From Octopus vulgaris (taxonomy: Eukaryota): 64,000 nt of DNA. Each line of letters begins with the position of its first letter. Within the stretch, counting starts at the first letter, position 1. The notes under the pieces were generated by a model. It did no database searches, was not told the origin of the DNA, and saw nothing but the letters and a program-made list of their open reading frames with translations. Shown one piece after another: positions 28,956 to 42,179 of this stretch. A program made the position numbers and the translations under genes. The stretch lies in the NCBI GenBank assembly GCA_951406725.2, contig OX597814.1, forward strand, positions 36,828,001 to 36,892,000, written 5' to 3'.

Positions 28956-29658
28956 AAGAAACGTAAAATACAAAAAAAGCCCATTTAATAAAAATATTAA
29001 AACAAATATAGCATTCAATTTATTTATATTACAATCAAGACAGAATATCAATAATGTGTTGAAAATAATTATCAGTTCTAGCAGTTGATTTCTTGTTCGC
29101 CACTCAATAAACATGAAAAGAGAATATAGTGAAAACGATCTAAGAATATTCTAAAATATGTTTAAGAAAACTGGCAATGAAAAGTAAAAATTACAAAATA
29201 TTTCAGAAAAGAGAAAAACTACGTAAGGGCAAAGAGTTGGGGAAGCCAAACATAAATGAAAAATCAATATAAATATATAAAAATTGAAAAGAATAAAAGA
29301 AAGAAAGAAAGAAACAAAAGAAGGGAAGTACATATTCTTAGATCAGTGTAAACTGTTCCGTCTCCAGACAAGTTTAAATTTGAAAAAATATCAATTCCCA
29401 TTTTCTAATTTCAATTACAGTTGAATAAACTATTCTTTATATAAATTGAAGAAAAATATTGTAATCTATAAAGAGAAGCGTATAAGTAAAAAAAAAATAA
29501 TATGTATCCAATATTTAAAAATATCATAAAATTTGTCTGCAAAGGAGAAGCTATGAATGAATTTTACATTTAAAACTTCTCATATATTTCAAAAAATTCC
29601 ATCGTGTATTCTTTTCATAATGCCCCCTCTTTTCTTTTTATATACCTTCGCATACAAA

Positions 29659-29701
<43 letters not shown>

Positions 29702-29878
29702 ATACACACACACACACGGGCACACACACATATATATATAGCAACATATTGTGCCACTGCCTCTAAAGTATATGAACACACTACTTCGAATATATTCTCA
29801 TTTTATTTCAAGTATAATCATACACGGATGTACATGTATATTCATACATACACAAATATACACACATACTAGCAAATA

Positions 29879-29914
<36 letters not shown>

Positions 29915-30125
29915 AATCTATATATCTATCAATCTATCTATTTATGTAAACTCATACGCACACACAGATAATATCAATATATTATATATCAATATAATAT
30001 TACTTAAAGATTCAGTTGTAAGGTAGTAAACTTCTAAGCTCCTTTAATCGCGTAGTGGATTTAATGGCAGTTAACTCGTAGAGTTTGATGCTGACTAGTG
30101 TGCTTCTGAAGAGATCTTCTGTTTG

Positions 30126-30158
<33 letters not shown>

Positions 30159-31453
30159 TCTGAAGTTGTTTGTTGATGGACATTGTGCAAAAGTAATGTT
30201 CCCATTTTTAATTAGACATTGCAGTAATAGTAATGAAATATACCACGGGTTATTTAATAATTATGCAATTACCAGTAGAACGTAATGGAAAATACTAGCA
30301 GCTATTAATGCAGTAATATTGCTAATAAGAATTCAGTTCAGATTTCGTGTAATGGAAAATAGTGGGATATGTGTGCATATATGTTACACCTTTACTGAAA
30401 TATAAAGAGTTACTGATTCAAATGTAGCCGTTTAGCAACCCGCATTGAGTCAATTCAATGACGACTCGATTTTTTTTTGTTAAGGAATAAGTTTGTCTGG
30501 TAATATTTGCATTTCTTACGGATTTAATATGACAGCCGTCTGGACAGTGTGTATAGACGGATGAAGTGTTCAGAATGTTCATTGCACACAATTCCACGGT
30601 TGCGAAGTTTGAAAATTAAAATTAGATTAATGGAAAGTATACCTTCCTTTTGATTGTGAGTCTGGAGAAATGTAAAGGTAGCTTAAATTTTCCACGGAAA
30701 TCAGGTATAATTTCTGTGGAATGCCAAGAGTGAGAATTACTACACAGAACCCTTTCTGGAAAATATCAAATTTTTTTTTCAATGTAGAAGAACACTCATG
30801 TATTTCGGCGAATGAATGCTCTGAATCATTCGTGTCTTAGCGCGTCGTATTTGTTCAGATATTGATGCAGCTAAAGTAACTCAGCTAAGTATTTTGAACA
30901 TTACAGAGGCTATGACATTACTGTGTATTTGCCAAGTGTTCTTCAATTAAGAAATGGAAATTTTTAACGTTCATCATGGAAACATCAAGATTGGGAGCCG
31001 GATTAAACCAGTACGTTTTTATAATTATCATTTTAATCTTCGATCATGTATGTCGAAGATTCTTGGGAGACACAAACTTACCTTTTAAGCAACTCCTTTT
31101 ATAACTGGGAGCTACTGTATGAAACATATGTCTGCTTATTTACACATTATGTAGTTGGAATATAAACAAATATTATGTAGGTGACGTTTAGCAGTTGAAA
31201 CAAACTTCGAATACATATTCAGATTTGACAATTTGTTATAAAGCATCTTCAGCGATTCAGGTGTGCGTAAATAACGTAGTCATTGCTAAACTGATTTTAT
31301 AATTTTTACCTGTTTACATATTTGTTTTATGTTAATGATCTCCATTCCAGTTATGAAGCAAATATCGAGATAATGGATTAGATATGTTTCACTGCAATAC
31401 ACGTATCATAGACACGGATAAGCACACACATACACACACAGAGAAATATATAC

Positions 31454-31504
<51 letters not shown>

Positions 31505-31506
31505 TC

Positions 31507-31554
<48 letters not shown>

Positions 31555-31556
31555 TC

Positions 31557-31598
<42 letters not shown>

Positions 31599-32484
31599 TA
31601 TACGTACATACATACACACACTCGCACACACACACATATATATATATATATATAAGGATATATACATAAATGTATGTATACACACATACTTATCTATATG
31701 TATATACACATATACATATATATAGTTGAAATTTCCAGAAAAACAAAAGCGGCAGATGTATTAATGTATTAATTTGACGCTTGGAAGGGTGAGAAAGTCT
31801 TTTACGTTTCAAGCCTACGCTTTTCAACAGAAAATAACACGAGGAAATAAACACAGAGAGAGAGAGAATTAAAATTTATGGACTTAGCGACTGGCTGGAC
31901 AAAGGTAGTTAGACAGGCGAGCTAGGAAGATGGGGATATAATAAAGTATTGGTGATAACAAAAGGAAGGTGCGCGTGCGTTTGTGTATCTGAGAGTGTGT
32001 GTGTGTGTGCATCTGTAATGTATGCGCGTGTGAATGACGGTGCGGGTGCTGGAAAGTGGTCTGTGCTAGTGTGTGAGGGTAGTGCGATGTGGTGTGGTGT
32101 GTGTAGTGTGGTATGGTGGTGTTGGGGTGCGTTGAGGGTGGGTATGGGGTTGGGGTGAGGATGTGGTGGTAGGTATGGAGTGAGTGCGAGTGGGATGTGG
32201 GGGTGGGGGTGAGGTAGATATTGATGGAGTGGGTATCGATGAAGGTAGAATGTGGGAAGGAATGAACAGTGGAAGTAGGCGTCAGGGCATGAGAGGAGAG
32301 GTGGGTAAGAGTGAAGAGAAGAAGAGTCAGATAAAGAGGGGAGAGGAGGGTTCAGATGAAATGGAGAGGGGAGTTAAGCGGAAGTGGAGCATAGGAGCGA
32401 AGAGAGAAGATTAATTGCAGTTCACGGGGAAGGCGGGAGTCAGGATGGCCGCTGTGCAGAGACAATCCGAACACAGTCAGGTGT

Positions 32485-32773
32485 CACAGTTCTATATTTA
32501 AGAGATGAGCAATTATGAACATTATTTGCATTTCCGCTCTACCGGTCATTCATTACAACACCTGTCTGTACATTATTTACATTATTTACATTTGACGATA
32601 TTTGTCCTAATCTTCTTTGTTGTTAACACATCATTTCGGCTGATAAACCCTCCAGCCTTCATAAGGTGTCTTGGGGTAATTTCGAATCTGTGTCCTCATT
32701 CCTAAGGTATTTTCAACGTTTACTATTATTATTATTATTGTTGTTGTTGTTGTTATTTTTGTTGTTGTTGTTG

Positions 32774-32808
<35 letters not shown>

Positions 32809-32877
32809 GCGTAGTTGTAGAGAGCGCGGGTTACTAACCACAAGATTTCGAGTTCGATTCCAGGCAGAGACCTGAAT

Positions 32878-32910
<33 letters not shown>

Positions 32911-33090
32911 AATAATAATAATAATAATAATGATAATAACATCGAAAAATACCTCAGGAATGAGAATCTGGGTTCTTAATTTCCCCAAGACAACTTATGA
33001 AGGCTGGAGAGTATATTAGCCGAAACGTTCTGTTAACAACAAACAAGTTGTGAACAAATATCCGTCAAATGTAAATAATATAAATAATGT
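32485..33090 (+). mobile_element. Fold-back non-autonomous element: inverted tail + tRNA-like head + (AAC/AAT)n + hammerhead-like tail (copy 1)
   Basis: Inverted arms 32529-32808 and 32877-33131. B box GAGTTCGATTCC at 32850. Flanked by ACAGTCAGGTGT and ACAGACAGGTAT. Confidence 0.75.
32989..33034 (+). ncRNA. Minimal type I hammerhead-ribozyme-like motif, core variant (also 32625-32670 on -, and in the duplicate)
   Basis: Two-arm consensus GACAC-CTTATGA-A-GGCTG-N10-CAGCC-GAAA-CGTT-GTGTT. Core has T where canonical CUGANGA has G. Confidence 0.55.
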
Positions 33091-33671
33091 ACAGACAGGT
33101 ATTGTTATGAATGACCTGTAGAGCAGAAATGGCACGAAACCGGGGTCTCATTTCCGAGTCTGATGTCTCAGAGGTTCTCCTCGAACCGGTCAGTCAAGCA
33201 GTTCCAGTTTGACTAATGCACAGAGGACAGAAAGAGAAGATGCAACAAATAAGGTTACTAGAAGTGCGGGTAAAGGAGTCAGTGATAAGATAGGGACGCT
33301 GATGGGTGCCTGTAAGGATGGTGGTGTTGGGTATGGGGTTGGGGTGAGGATGTGGTGGTAGGTATGGAGTGAGTGCGAGTGGGATGTGGGGGTGGGGGTG
33401 AGGTAGATATTGATGGAGTGGGTATCGATGAAGGTAGAATGTGGGTAGGAATGAACAGTGGAAGTAGGCGTCAGGGCATGAGAGGAGAGGTGGGTAAGAG
33501 TGAAGAGAAGAAGAGTCAGATAAAGAGGGAGAGGAGGGTTCAGATGAAATGGAGGGGGAGTTAAGCGGAAGTGGAGCATAGGAGCGAAGAGAGAAGATTA
33601 ATTGCAGTTCACGGGGAAGGCGGGAGTCCGGATGGCCGCTGTGCAGAGACAATCCGAACACAGTCAGGTGT

Positions 33672-34064
33672 CACAGTTCTATATTTAAGAGATGAGCAAT
33701 TATGAACATTATTTGCATTTCCGCTCTACCGGTTATTCATTACAACACCTGTCTGTACATTATTTACATTATTTACATTTGACGATATTTGCCCTAATCT
33801 TCTTTGTTGTTAACACATCATTTCGGCTGATAAACCCTCCAGCCTTCATAAGGTGTCTTGGGGTAATTTCGAATCTGTGTCCTCATTCCTAAGGTATTTT
33901 CAACGTTTACTATTATTATTATTATTGTTGTTGTTGTTGTTGTTGTTGTTATTTTTGTTGTTGTTGTTGTTGTTATTATTATTATTATTATTATTGCGTA
34001 GTTGTAGAGAGCGCGGGTTACTAACCACAAGATTTCGAGTTCGATTCCAGGCAGAGACCTGAAT

Positions 34065-34147
<83 letters not shown>

Positions 34148-34304
34148 TAATAACATCGAAAAATACCTCAGGAATGAGAATCTGGGTTCTTAATTTCCCC
34201 AAGACAACTTATGAAGGCTGGAGAGTATATTAGCCGAAACGTTCTGTTAACAACAAACAAGTTGTGAACAAATATCCGTCAAATGTAAATAATATAAATA
34301 ATGT
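33672..34304 (+). mobile_element. Fold-back tRNA-head/hammerhead-tail element (copy 2, from tandem duplication)
   Basis: Same structure as 32485-33090, head at 33996-34063. Confidence 0.75.
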
Positions 34305-34879
34305 ACAGACAGGTATTGTTATGAATGACCTGTAGAGCAGAAATGGCACGAAACCGGGGTCTCATTTCCGAGTCTGATGTCTCAGAGGTTCTCCTCGAAC
34401 CGGTCAGTCAAGCAGTTCCAGTTTGACTAATGCACAGAGGACAGAAAGAGAAGATGCAACAAATAAGGTTACTAGAAGTGCGGGTAAAGGAGTCAGTGAT
34501 AAGATAGGGACGCTGATGGGTGCCTGTAAGGATGGTGGTGTTGGAGAGGTGGGGGCAAGTGCAGTAGCATGGGCGGGAGCAGAGGAACGAGGCAGTTAAG
34601 GAGGTGATGTTAGGGAAGAAACTGTGGACTAGGAGGTCACCTAGAATGTAGACTCCTTTGAAGGAGGGAAGGGGTAAGAAAGGGAATATGTGCGAAGTGG
34701 AGGGGTCGGATTGTATGTCCGAAGCCTCGGAGTATTGTGCGTTGGAGGGGCAGGATGGAGGAGTGCTAGGTGAGGGGTAAACTGGAGATGGTAATGGTGG
34801 GTTGGGTGCGGGGAGAGAGAACATAGGCACGGTCTAAGGAACGGACTCTGGCAAGGATGGTGTGGATAGGGGTGAGGGG

Positions 34880-35695
34880 TTATCCACGAAGGATGTAGTT
34901 GTGAGCCATGAGTTCAGACTGAGTCTCAAATTCATGGTTGTCACTGCAGAGCCTGCGCAGACGGAGGAATTGGAAGCAGGGAATGAAGAACTTGGTGTGG
35001 ATCAGGTGGGAGGAGGAGACGTTAAGGTATGAGTGTGAGTTGGTGTGTTTGTAATGGATGATGGTAGTGAGAGCGGAGCTGTGTATGTTGACCGAAATGT
35101 CTAGAAAGGTGATGGAAGTGTTGGAAATGGTGCAGGAGAATTCGAAGGCAGGATGGAAGGACCGGACAAAAGAGATGAAGGAGTCTAGTTGCTCACCCGC
35201 GAATGAGAAGCAGTTGAGGGAGAGAACAAGTTCGGCCAGGCGAAGAAGTGTGAACGTGTCAGGTTGGTGGTTGCGTTGAATGTCTAGGAAGCGTTTGAGT
35301 GCAAGAAGACCTTCGTGGCGTGGGATCACCGTACATAGACTCTTGATATCGAGAGTGAAGAGAAGTTTAGAGGGACCAGGAGGGAAGGAGAAAGAATTGA
35401 AAATATGAAGAGTATGGTTAGTATCGTGGATATGTAAGGGAATGGAAGCCACTAGGAGTGTGCAAGGACACGGTCGAGGCATTTCGAGATCAGTTCCGTG
35501 GGGCAGTTGCAGGCGGAGACGTTGGGGCGGCCAGGGTTGTTGGGTTTGTGGATTTGGGGAAGGAAGTAAAAGGTGGGTTTGGACGAGTGCGGATAATGAG
35601 GTTGGAGGCGGTGGGAGGGAGACGAGTGGAGGTGATGAGGTCAGGAAGAGTGGAGGACACAGTCTGTTAGTAGCTAGGCGTGAGGCAGAGTGCAA
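34880..35695 (-). pseudogene. Penelope-type reverse transcriptase fragment
   Basis: 271-aa ORF with RT motif DIKSL and thumb region. The AMG and YxDD segment is missing. Confidence 0.85.
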
Positions 35696-37316
35696 TAGAA
35701 CGAGTTGTCCTGACGTTGGCGGAGTGCTTCAGCATTGTAAGACTTCTGCGCTCCACACTACCACGACTCCACCATTGCCGGCTGGTTTTATGTTAATGCC
35801 TTTGCGGCGTCGGCGACATCGAAGGGACGAGAGTTCGGCTGGGGAAATATTCAGAGGTCGGGGACGCCTGCGAAAGTTAATCCAGTCCACAACATGTTGG
35901 CTGAAGCCCACAAAATGATCGACATCGATTCCTTGGAACATGCAAAGAACTGGCGTCGAGTGGGATGTCTGCGGCCCTGGTCTGTGAAGCTGTCCTCTTC
36001 GTTAGATGTTGTGGTATAGTGCATATAGCCTGACACGGCATATAAATCTATGAATATCAGAACGAGTCTGAAATTCGTTACTAGATGGAGTGAGGGGGCT
36101 GAAGCGCAGACCCCTTCTGAGAAGACAGAGTTCCGCCTCAGAGAGGGGAAGATTCCGCTTCAGAGAGAAGGAATGATAGCAATACATGAATATATATATG
36201 TATATATATATATATCTCCTTATATTCATCTGTCGATCTCTCAATTTCTCAAGTAGACATACATATATATATTATGTAGAAGTGCGAGGATAAAAACAAA
36301 GATGTGGATATTCATTTGTAATATTTCCTGTATTTTTGTGCAAGAATATGTTAATCGCTGGTGTGTTTCGCCTTCGACAAATACCATTGGCTCTCAGACA
36401 ATATGTGTTAGCCACACGCTCAGTTTCCTGACGTTGGCTAACTTTATCATACTGATGTTTCGAACTGATTATGTGTCTAGAATCAACTAAACTAAACGAG
36501 GATCCATGACCTATATACACGTTCTGATCCACTGGAACGTATTACAAGTCAGTTTGATCTCCGCTGGTCTCCATGCTCATGATAATTTGTTATTGATCGG
36601 ACAAGCATCGGCACGCATCTGAAAATTGTTTGCTTGCAAAATTCTATAAATTCTATCAGCCGGGTGGCTTTCACTGTAGAGATATAATACTCTTCAATAT
36701 ACTTCTCGGCGAGCGCGAACGCGTGTATATATACTCTGATATCGAACATTGAGAATGAGTGCTCAACACAGCATTGGTGGAAAAATATTCGTTATTTGTG
36801 CGTTAACAAAGCTACAAACGATTTCAAGTGGAGAGAAATCTCTCAACACTTATCAGGGCTGCTATGTGGTAACATTGATATCCATATCCATCTTCGATGA
36901 GAATATACGAAGTTACACAAGAATGCACGGGATTTGAGTATAAGCAAATAAATGTAGAGACCGTGTAATTTATAGGATTATCAAAATTCTTTACTGCCTT
37001 GCATTAACCCGGGTAACTTTGGATTGGTTGATTCGTCAAATATACTACGTGAGAACGCCTGTGCACGTCGATATTTTTTAATATAAATACTCGTATATGT
37101 GTACCTGCACATCCATAGAATATAAGTGCTTGCAAACACACACAAACAGGCATACGTAAAGAAATTAACACCCACTGAAACGCACACACATATATACATA
37201 TATAACATACATACATATATATACATATATAACATATATATACATACATAATACATACATACATACATATATATATACATACATACATATATGTATATAT
37301 GTATACACACACACAC

Positions 37317-37347
<31 letters not shown>

Positions 37348-37825
37348 GATATATAACTTTGGGTTTTTGCGGAGGGTGAAAGTGGTAACAAGAACAGGGC
37401 AGTGAGAGTAAGGTAGTAAAAACAAACGGTGAGGGTTGTTAAGCCCAGGACGACAGATTTAGTAGTATGAATGCTAGGAAGACGACCTTATGAGAGGAGA
37501 TAGGTATAAGCACATATTTTCTTTAGCAAGGAAATGGGCAGAAAGATAGATTCCCTTTCGTCACGTGTCAGCGACGAGAGAGTCGAGGAGGAGGAGTGAG
37601 AGAGAGAAAGGGAACGGTGAAGAGGAGAGGAGAAGAATAGGGAAGGGTGGGAGAGAAAACTAGAAAGGCTGAAGAACAAGAAAGGGAGAGAGAGAGAGAG
37701 AGATAGAGAAGAGATAGTAGAGATAGAAGAGTGCGCATCGTAATTATTGAGATAAAAACTTACTTGGAAATTTGGTTTGCGGGAAGGGCCGTTTCAATGA
37801 AGTCGCGTATTATCCATCCCTTATG

Positions 37826-37879
<54 letters not shown>

Positions 37880-37954
37880 TAGATAGATATATATATACAC
37901 ACATACGCAGTAGTCTATACCACCTGTCTTCGTCTTTTTTTTTTTTGAATTCTC

Positions 37955-38016
<62 letters not shown>

Positions 38017-38302
38017 ATGAATATGTATGGGGGTATATATATATATATACACCCATACATATACATACACACACGCATGTATATATGAATGTACATACTT
38101 ATAACAGAATTAGTTGTTAGTAGGTGTAGTACAATATTCTTATTATATATATATATATATATATAATGAAGGGTGAAATTAATTAATTTGGAATAATTTG
38201 GAATAGTCTTTTTAGTAGAAGAAATAGCTATAACCCTTTGACTGCTATTTCTAAATTCGGTATGTGGTAAGGCAATTCGTTGCTAAACCCTTTATTGCTT
38301 AG

Positions 38303-38365
<63 letters not shown>

Positions 38366-39941
38366 TGGGAAAACAAATCTCCAAACAAATCTGGTACAAC
38401 CATTCAGCATTATGTGCATCCACATATCGTACCTTGGGATTTCATTTATCATATAATTATATTTTTATCTATAAATATACAAAGTATCTGATAAAATTCA
38501 ATATTAAATCAATTTGGGGGGGATTAATCGATATGCAGGTATTCTATTTCAGATAATACACAAAATAACGTAATGAGTATATCTGAAACTAAACTCATGT
38601 TATCAGTTTGCATATCACGAAATAATACTTAAAGGATATAACCAAATTACCACCAGGCTATATATTATACTTCATCAATTATCTCCTACTTTAGTTAATA
38701 GCTATATTTATAAAATATGAAGGAACTACACGTGTTTCATTATTGGAAGATTACAATATATATATATACATGTACACAGCTGTATACATGCATACATACA
38801 TACATACATACATACATACATACATACATACATACGTACATGCTTACATGTATATATATATATATATATATATAAATTGAGATAGGGGCTGCAAATTCAA
38901 CCTTCCATGGGATAACATATATCCAATATAGTGTATATTTATATTTATATCTATTTATATTTATTTATTTATACCCTCTTATAATGATTATACTTTTTGT
39001 ATTGTATTACTCATTCATGTACGCTGTTTTGTTATATATTTTTATGTTTAACCCTAATGTTCTTATGTAGTGGTTTAATAAAGTATATGTTTGGGTATTA
39101 TCTGGTAGTTGATGAATGATTTAGATGTATTTCTCCATTTTCTTAATTTGTATATATATATATCAACCACTGTGTTTGATATCTAACTTCTTTCTAGAGC
39201 CCTTGTATGCCCGAATCCTATCTTTGTAGTCATATCCAGAGAATTACATGCGGTGCATGAAGTTCTGTACTTGTTTCTTTGTTTCATAGGGTTCGCATAA
39301 GGGAGAAAGGTAATTCATTATCCCAACTCTGCTAATAGTATGTTGATTTTCACCTTGTGTGACCAAGCTGATTCTTGTGAACAAAATATCTAGAAGTGTA
39401 ACACTCGAATGTACATAGTCGGAACGATCGGATCACATTTGAAACACCGTTAATATAAGACCATATGCATCTGCCACGCATAATTCTCGTGGCAGAGTCT
39501 ACAAATGTTCTGAACGTTATTCCACATGAGTTCGCTTCGTAGGAACGTTATTCCACATGAGTTTTCATCGTAGGGACTGTTTAGAGTCGGCTTTATAATG
39601 TAATAATCTTACTTGTGCATAGTGTTTTAAAATGGCAGTGGTTATCTAGAGTAGGTGAGGTATCCTCAGCAAATACATATTGGAAAGGTTCAGCCTACCA
39701 CTTATATTTGATTTGGATTTATAGAGAGTGTTGTTAAAAGACAATGGGGACTCGTCGATTCCTAGCATCTTGATGAATTGGAAGATTCGGATGACCTGGC
39801 TAGCGCTGTCAGTACATGTGATGTGGATACGGGCAAGATCGCTCTGAAGATCTTCAATATTGTGTTGCCAACCTCATGTGAGAATGAGAATATCATCGAC
39901 ATATGCGATGATAAAGGTACATCAACGACAAGTACTGTATT

Positions 39942-40173
39942 AAGGCGGCGAGCTGGCAGAAACGTTAGCATATCGGGCGTAATGCGTAGCCGTATTTCGT
40001 CTGCCGTTACGTTCTGAGTTCAAATTCCGCTGAGGTCGACTTTGCCTTTCATCCTTTCGGGGTCGATTAAATAAGTACCAGTAACGCACTGGGTCGATAT
40101 AATCGACTTAATCCATTTGTCTGTCCTTGTCTGTCCCCTCTGTGTTTGGCCCCTTGTGGGTGGTAAAGAAATA
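39942..40173 (+). mobile_element. Full-length tRNA-derived SINE (family A, tail type 1) with ~11-bp TSD
   Basis: AAGGCGGCGAGCTGGCAGAAACGTTAG head, GAGTTCAAATTCC B box. GACAAGTACTG (39927) vs GACAGGTACTG (40174). Confidence 0.92.
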
Positions 40174-41755
40174 GACAGGTACTGAGTACTTTACGCTCTA
40201 ACCAGTCCAAGTAATTAATGGCTAGAAAACACGAGAAGCTTGACCCATTGACACATTTAAACACCATGTATGTCTTGCCGAGAAAGGCAAAGGGCACTTT
40301 GGTGTCCCTGACAATATTTGATGGTTATGCTTAATGAGGCCACTCATCATTAGTTAAATATTAATTCCTACCAAGGTAACAGAAGTGGAGTGAAATATTG
40401 AACTTTAATCATTATCTGCGGCGAATATGTCGTATTGGTGTATGTGTACTGTATCATTAGATCCTACATCGAAAGATTCAGTAAAAGATATTTGCACAAC
40501 GAGGGAATCGAAACTAGATATCAAAGTTATTTTGCTAAGTAACTGCTTGAAATTTACTCTCCTTTCTACAGCAGTCATCCATTCACGATATCGCTATCAG
40601 ACACACCACAACTCACTTGATGCTTAATTTTGTTGACATTGTAAACATTGACATCAATCATATTAATGAACGTGTGCTCTGAGAAAATTAAATAATCAGG
40701 TATAAAATTATAACGTATGTTTATTTCAGCACATTTGGTAATATTTTGGTGGAGTGGAGGCAGGAAGAAGCAAAAATAACAAAAAGAAAAATAAGGTAAT
40801 AATTATCATCATCAAAGATAAAATAGTGAAAAAATTATTCAAAAATACGGGAATAAAATATTACTTAAAAGAATTTTAAAGCTTGAAAGCATAAATGGAA
40901 ATTAATTATCTCTTGATTATATGATCAAATTATTTATGTTTGTGTACACAATTTCATATTTCATAAATTTCAAATTTATATCTATGCATTACGTTTAGTA
41001 ATGGTTCATATTTAGGAAAAATATTAATAAAATAATCAATAATAAAACAAACTCAACAGGTTTGTGTATAGGAATACTTGCTTTGAGTAAAATGTTCTGA
41101 TTGCGAACATGATGAAAAATTATGTTATATATAGAAGCAGAGGTCCGAAATTAGTAGGATGTTGATCATCAAGTAAGTGGTATGTAGAAGTAAATACAAT
41201 GCAAGCAATTAGTGCTCAGATGAAGTGGTGATATCATTAAAAAACCGACAAAGGAGTAGAATAATGATTGTACAATGGCACATTTAGCATCATAGATATA
41301 TACTAATTGTTCGATATTTTTGCTAGACAGCCGTGAGTTTTAAACATTATGATATATTTCTTAACGTCTAGGTGAAGGAAAATGTTTTCATAAGCCACAA
41401 AGTACTTCAACGACATATCTATGTTGTATCGGACAGAAGAAATTAATTAAATAATACAAAAATGATAAGAAAAGGAGGTAATTAAACCAAACACGAAGTA
41501 TGTAGAGGAGCATTTAAGAAAACACGAGAAAAGAGGAGAAAGAAAGGTACGAATAAATGCAAAGAAAAAGAAAATCAAAAGAAATGAAGTACCACTGAGA
41601 TTTGAGAGATAAGATGTAAAAGAGAGTAAAAAATTAAATTGACATTAAAAGTAAAATACAAACATGTATGCGTGAAGGTATATATATTACGGAGATGTAC
41701 TTGCATAGCAAGGAACCTGAACTGAGATCGTACGCTGGAACACCTTCCACGCTGC

Positions 41756-41887
<132 letters not shown>

Positions 41888-42179
41888 ATATATTTCATGT
41901 CCTAATACATCTCCTGCTGTCGATGTGTAGTCCTATCCTGGACAAATAATCCTTCTGGCATGTGCCGCAAACGTATCGGTGACGACTTTGCCTGGCAGGT
42001 TGTAATGTGGGACTAGATTATTTTATGCGCCACTCCATTATCCCCCGAGACAAAAAGGATGCCAACAACAACAAATATGTGTATATATGTACGTACATAT
42101 ATATACATATATATGTATGTATGTTTGTATATGAGTGGGTGTGTGTTTGCGAGTCTGTGTTTGCCCCCCCCACACACAC

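Larger units (their letters stand above)
32139..34544. repeat. Near-identical tandem duplication, ~1.19-1.21 kb unit (32139-33330, 33328-34544)
   Basis: Units differ only by a few substitutions, a small indel and microsatellite length. Confidence 0.97.
31725..36180 (-). mobile_element. Penelope-like retroelement (Neptune-like), near full length, degenerate
   Basis: NLPLSEAELCLLRRGLRFSP (N-terminus), IKPAGNGGVVVVW (DKG motif), LFTLDIKSLCTVIP, HYKHTNSHSYL, QFLRLRRLCS, Cys linker CSRPCYCTC, GIY-YIG remnants SSNLICCI..CISQTG and RELQLIFSL..P.PLN. Hammerhead-like motif at 31798-31834. Confidence 0.9.

Noticed and set aside
32809-32876. Possible tRNA gene
   Set aside because: No acceptor stem or full cloverleaf and no Pol III terminator, so treated as a tRNA-derived head
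36270-36960. Short ORFs in complex sequence as host exons
   Set aside because: No recognisable domain and no consistent splice or frame pattern
39512-39573. CRISPR-like direct repeat
   Set aside because: Only two units, the intervening 10 bp are similar to each other, the context is eukaryotic and there are no cas genes
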